From positions 1 through 56,566 of the forward strand of contig JBBSLC010000001.1 of assembly GCA_038255685.1 (NCBI GenBank): a stretch of 56,566 nt of DNA, in the 5' to 3' direction. The position numbers and the translations under genes were made by a program. Shown piece by piece: positions 53,034-56,566 of this stretch (position 1 is its first letter; every line of letters starts with the position of its first letter). Source of the stretch: Acidimicrobiales bacterium (lineage in GTDB: Bacteria > Actinomycetota > Acidimicrobiia > Acidimicrobiales > CADCSY01). Below the pieces are notes generated by a model. That model made no database searches. It saw only the letters and a program-made list of their open reading frames with translations, and had not been told where the DNA came from.

Positions 53034-54041
53034 TCAGGCGCTCCGCATCTTCTGGGCGACGTCCGCCCACGGTTCGAGAGCGCCGGGGTCCTCGGCCCAT
53101 GCCATGCCGGCGAAGTACAGGACGAGCCGGTCGGCGACGCCGTCGTACCGCTCGGCGAGCAGACGGGGGGCGTCGGTCCAGGTGCCCTCGGTGAGGAAGT
53201 GGGCGAGCAGGTCGTCGTCGACGACGGCTGCCATCCCGGCGAGGTCCGCAGCCTTCTGGCGCTCCCTGATCCGCGCGGTGACGCCGTCACGGCCGAGCTG
53301 CTCGAAGATGAACGAGTAGTTGGGCGTCGACCCGTAGAACGAGACCTGCATGCGAGCCATCTCCCGCCACCGGTGGCGTTCGGCGTCGCTGTCGCCGAAG
53401 GCGGTGAAGGCAGGGACGATGAGCTGTGGTCGTCGGCCGGCCGCGGTCACGTTCGCCACGACGGTCTCGCGCAGGTACGTCGGGGTGTTCAGGGGGTGGA
53501 CGTGGACACCGTCTGCCACCTCGCCCGCCATGCGCAGCATCCAAGGGTTGACGGCTGCGACATCGACGGGGGGATCCTCGACGTCGATCGCACCCGGGTT
53601 CCACTGGCCGGGGAGGAGCGACATCGACCACCAACGCCCCTCGAAGGCGAGGCGCTCGTCGCCACGAAAGGCTCGGAAGCACGCCCGCACCGCGTCGACG
53701 TACTCCCTGAGCCGGGGTCCCGGCGGGTCGAAGTCAGCCGCGTAGCGCCGCTCGACGTGGGCGCGCACCTGGGTGCCGAGCCCGAGGCGGAACCGGCCGC
53801 GAGACGTCTCGGCCAGCTCCCACGCCACCTGGGCGGTGACCATGGGGCTGCGGGGGAACGCCACGGCGATGCCGGTGAGGACGTCGATGTCGGCAGCGAG
53901 CGCCGCCGCCGCGCACGACAGGTACGCCGTGCGGCCGGCTTCGGTGACGAGGAGCCCGTCGAGGCCTGCCACCTCGACCGCTCGGGCAAGGTCCTGCGCC
54001 CGGCGGAGCTCCCCGCCGGTGGTCATCACGTCGAGGCGCAT
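53034..54041 (-). CDS. luciferase-like (LLM class) flavin/F420-dependent oxidoreductase
   Basis: VEVAGLDGLLVTEAGRTAYLSCAAAA, IAVAFPRSPMVTAQVAWELAETSRGRFRLGLGTQV. Start is ATG 54041 or GTG 54044, overlapping the MBL stop. Confidence 0.85.
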   Translation of the reverse strand: MRLDVMTTGGELRRAQDLARAVEVAGLDGLLVTEAGRTAYLSCAAAALAADIDVLTGIAVAFPRSPMVTAQVAWELAETSRGRFRLGLGTQVRAHVERRYAADFDPPGPRLREYVDAVRACFRAFRGDERLAFEGRWWSMSLLPGQWNPGAIDVEDPPVDVAAVNPWMLRMAGEVADGVHVHPLNTPTYLRETVVANVTAAGRRPQLIVPAFTAFGDSDAERHRWREMARMQVSFYGSTPNYSFIFEQLGRDGVTARIRERQKAADLAGMAAVVDDDLLAHFLTEGTWTDAPRLLAERYDGVADRLVLYFAGMAWAEDPGALEPWADVAQKMRSA

Positions 54042-55033
54042 CACGCTGCGCCGTACCGGGTGACGGCGCCGTCGTGTTGGACGACGGTCCCGTCATCGAT
54101 GAGCAGGTCGATGTGGCCGACCGCCTCGGAGACGCCGAGCATGATCCCGAAGCCCTCGAGGCCGCTGAACATGGCCTGCGAGAGGTCGAACGCGCTGGGC
54201 TCGCCGAGGGTGCGCACGAGCTCCAGCACCTGCTCGGCACGCCGGTCGTGGTGCACGCGCATGGTGGCGACCAGGGCAGGGACGTCATGGAACGCGGGGC
54301 CGTGGCCGGGAAGGATGATGCCCGGGTCGAGGGCGACGAAGCGGTCGAGCGACGCCAGGTACTCCACCAGGCTCCTCCGCCGGCCACCACCTTCCTCGTC
54401 CGGCTCGAGCACCGGGTTGGGGGTGATGCGAGGGAGCAGGTGGTCACCGGACAGCAAGACATCGCCGGTCGGGTCCAAGAGGGAGAGGTGACCGGTTGCG
54501 TGGCCCGGGGTCACGTGGGCCTCGAGGTCGCGACCGCCGAGGTGGACCCGGTCACGGTCGTCGACGGCGACGAGCGCGTCCTCGTCGGGGGTGTCCACCA
54601 TCGGCCGCATCGCCGCGTGCTGCTCGGGGAACGCCGCCCGGATCTCGTCGGGGATGCCGAGGCTCTCGAGGAGCGCCTGGAAGCGCGGCCGCTCGTAGGC
54701 TGACAGCAGCTTGGGCCGCTCGGCCCGGCCGCACAGGATCGATGCGCCCGAGCTGCGGGCCAGCCTTCCCGCGAGACCGAAGTGGTCCGGGTGGCCGTGG
54801 GTGACGACGATCCGCTCCACGTCACCGATCCCGAGGCCGGCGGCGGCGAGCAGGCGCTCCACGCGCTCCTCGGTGTCGGACCACACCATCCCCGGGTCCA
54901 CAAGCGTCACCGGCGGCTCCGGCAGGAGCCAGCAGTTCACGGGGCCCACCGGGAACGGGGTCGGGAGCTCGGCGAGGAGGACCCCGTCGGGCAGTGCGTC
55001 GGCGAGCGGGGCGAGGGCGACGGTGGAGGCCAC
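54041..55033 (-). CDS. MBL-fold metallo-hydrolase
   Basis: VVTHGHPDHFG (HxHxDH) and downstream His/Asp ligands. GTG 55033 lies 2 nt after the thiolase stop. Confidence 0.85.
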   Translation of the reverse strand: MASTVALAPLADALPDGVLLAELPTPFPVGPVNCWLLPEPPVTLVDPGMVWSDTEERVERLLAAAGLGIGDVERIVVTHGHPDHFGLAGRLARSSGASILCGRAERPKLLSAYERPRFQALLESLGIPDEIRAAFPEQHAAMRPMVDTPDEDALVAVDDRDRVHLGGRDLEAHVTPGHATGHLSLLDPTGDVLLSGDHLLPRITPNPVLEPDEEGGGRRRSLVEYLASLDRFVALDPGIILPGHGPAFHDVPALVATMRVHHDRRAEQVLELVRTLGEPSAFDLSQAMFSGLEGFGIMLGVSEAVGHIDLLIDDGTVVQHDGAVTRYGAA

Positions 55034-55035
55034 CG

Positions 55036-56244
55036 TCAGGCCGCAGACTTCTCGAGCACGTGCACGCCGCACGCCGACCCGAGGCCGATCACGTGGGCGA
55101 GGCCGACCTTGGCGCCGTCGATCTGCCGGTCACCCGCTTCCCCGCGAAGGTGGTGGCACACCTCCCAGATGTTGGCGATGCCGGTGGCAGCGATCGGGTG
55201 GCCCTTGGACTGCAGGCCGCCCGAGACGTTCACGGGCAGCGTTCCGTCGCGCCACGGGGCTCCGGAACGGAAGAAGTCGACTGCGCCACCCTCCTCGCAG
55301 AGGCCGAGGTTGTCGTAGTGCACGAGCTCAGCGGTGGCGAAGCAGTCGTGCAGCTCGACGAGGTCGAGGTCCGACGGCCCGACGCCTGCAGCCTCGTAGG
55401 CCTGCTTGGCGGCGTTGCGGGTGAGGGTGTTCACGTCGGGCAGCACCTGGCACGACTCCTGCCACGGGTCGCTGGTGAGGACAGAGGCCGAGACCTTGAC
55501 CGCTCGGCGCTGCTGCTCGAGGCTCAGCTTCTTCAGCTTCGCACCCGAGGTGACCACCGCCGCAGCCGCCCCGTCGCAGTTCGCCGAGCACATGGGTCGG
55601 GTGTTCGGGTAGGCGATCATCAGGTCGCCCATGATCTCCTCGAGGCTCATCCGCTTGGTGTAGGCGGCCAGTGGGTTCAGCGTCGAGTGGGCGTGGTTCT
55701 TCTCACTGATGCGAGCGAACAGCTCGAAGTCGGCGCCGCCGTACCGGTGGGCGTACTCCATGCCGACCTGGGCGAAGACGCCCGGCATGGTGTCCGTGCC
55801 GATCCGTCCGTCGGTGGTCGCCACCGCGCCGTAGCGACCCTGTGGCTCGTAGACGTGACGCTCGGCCTTGGGTCGGCCGCCGCCTCCGAGGAGGCCCGCC
55901 CCGGAGAGCTTCTCGACCCCCACGGCGAGGCCCATGTCGCACTCACCCGCCTTGACCGACAGGATCGCCGTCCGCAGCGCCGTCGCTCCCGTCGCACAGG
56001 CGTTGGCGACGTTGAAGACGGGGATGCCGGTCTGGCCGATCTGCTTCTGCAGCTGCTGGCCGATGCCCGCCGCCGCGTTCATGAGGTTGCCGGCCGCCAG
56101 GACCCCCATGTCTGCCATGGTCACCCCGCCGTCGGCCAGCGCCGCCATGGCCGCCTCCGCAGCGAGGTCCACGACGTCGAGGTCGGGGTGCTTGCCGAAC
56201 TTGGTCATGTGGATCCCGAGGATCCAGATGTCATCCGATGCCAT
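55036..56244 (-). CDS. SCP-x/Ltp-type thiolase with an intact Cys-His-Cys set
   Basis: NVANACATGATAL (nucleophile Cys), CSANCDGAA, GGLQSKGHPIAATG, GLGSACGVHV. Confidence 0.9.
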   Translation of the reverse strand: MASDDIWILGIHMTKFGKHPDLDVVDLAAEAAMAALADGGVTMADMGVLAAGNLMNAAAGIGQQLQKQIGQTGIPVFNVANACATGATALRTAILSVKAGECDMGLAVGVEKLSGAGLLGGGGRPKAERHVYEPQGRYGAVATTDGRIGTDTMPGVFAQVGMEYAHRYGGADFELFARISEKNHAHSTLNPLAAYTKRMSLEEIMGDLMIAYPNTRPMCSANCDGAAAAVVTSGAKLKKLSLEQQRRAVKVSASVLTSDPWQESCQVLPDVNTLTRNAAKQAYEAAGVGPSDLDLVELHDCFATAELVHYDNLGLCEEGGAVDFFRSGAPWRDGTLPVNVSGGLQSKGHPIAATGIANIWEVCHHLRGEAGDRQIDGAKVGLAHVIGLGSACGVHVLEKSAA

Positions 56245-56256
56245 GGTCGCTCCTCA

Positions 56257-56565
56257 TCAGCGCAGCGGTTCGAAGCCGAAGCCGATGGCTTCGGTGCCGT
56301 CGTCGTCGGTCCCGACCGCGTAGGTCACCAGGCGCAGCTCCATGCCGAGCGTCACGTGATCGGGGTCGGGCGCGACGCTGATCACATTGCCACGCACGCT
56401 CGTGCCCCCGCAGTCGACGACCCCTGCCACGAACGGCACCTCGACGCCAGGGGCGGCGAACGCCACGATCGTGAACGACCGCAGCTCGCCCTCCGACGCC
56501 ACCCGCTCCCTCGTGAACGACGTCGCTCCACACGCCGCGCACGCGTTGCGGCGGTCGAAGAACCG
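56257..56565 (-). CDS. DUF35 OB-fold/zinc-ribbon protein, C-terminal part (5' end off-window)
   Basis: The frame stays open to the window edge: RFFDRRNACAACGATSF...SFTIVAFAAPGVEVPFVAGVVD...MELRLVTY. Confidence 0.8.
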   Translation of the reverse strand, partial: RFFDRRNACAACGATSFTRERVASEGELRSFTIVAFAAPGVEVPFVAGVVDCGGTSVRGNVISVAPDPDHVTLGMELRLVTYAVGTDDDGTEAIGFGFEPLR

Positions 56566-56566
56566 C

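Noticed and set aside
1-56566. Calling the window a cholesterol/steroid (KstR-regulon) catabolic island, given the P450s, Ltp/DUF35, SCP2, FadD/FadE and MMPL genes.
   Set aside because: No KshA/KshB, KstD, HsaA-D, IpdAB or Mce4 signatures were seen. None of the dyads fits the KstR (TnnAACnnGTTnnA) pattern. The evidence supports only generic hydrophobic or alicyclic acid catabolism.
1-56566. Defence systems, toxin-antitoxin pairs, CRISPR arrays, prophage genes or insertion sequences.
   Set aside because: No nuclease/helicase/methylase combinations, repeat-spacer arrays, transposase or integrase-like translations were seen in any frame. The relics show no flanking terminal inverted repeats.

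Overview
The window is high-GC (about 70% by eye) and reads as actinobacterial-type chromosomal DNA. It is densely packed with about 50 apparently intact protein genes, nearly all concerned with uptake, activation and oxidative breakdown of hydrophobic, lipid or alicyclic carboxylates. I saw no rRNA, tRNA, CRISPR array, transposase, integrase or phage gene.

Main blocks:
- **1-8811:** mixed oxidoreductase and hydrolase genes, plus a deletion-fused ACAD/SDR relic.
- **10233-21571 (minus strand):** a 12-gene operon with overlapping starts and stops. It reads TetR, Liv-type ABC importer (two permeases, two ATPases, a lipoprotein binding protein), then a bad/ali-like set: hydratase, BadH-like SDR, MenB/BadI-type crotonase, SDR, CoA ligase and ACAD.
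- **8998-26381:** three closely paralogous cytochrome P450s with one ferredoxin reductase and one 3Fe-4S-type ferredoxin.
- **26460-38476:** a lipid module. It holds SDRs, a frameshifted ACAD, an SCP2 protein next to a UbiB/ABC1-type kinase, a 'predicted metal-dependent hydrolase' with two ExxH motifs, an acyl-CoA synthetase, cysteine-less thiolase-fold proteins and a DUF35 protein.
- **38509-47404:** a class III cyclase, a TetR coupled to a second ABC1 kinase, a hydrolase, a fourth P450, and a Baeyer-Villiger monooxygenase coupled to a second ExxH-protein paralog.
- **47554-56565:** TetR/MMPL and MarR/MFS exporter pairs, an orphan membrane-anchored protein, and a DUF35-thiolase-MBL-LLM oxidoreductase operon.

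Points that stand out:
- Several short gene relics sit at module junctions.
- A one-base frameshift lies in a G8/C8 run.
- AT-rich operator- or promoter-like islands recur, and some share a TTGCAT(C/T)(A/G)(A/T)TG motif.
- Several genes have leaderless-type promoter geometry.
- Two uncharacterised gene pairings may be functional units: ExxH protein with an oxidoreductase, and UbiB-like kinase with SCP2.

All family assignments come from reading the translations by eye. None has been checked against a database.
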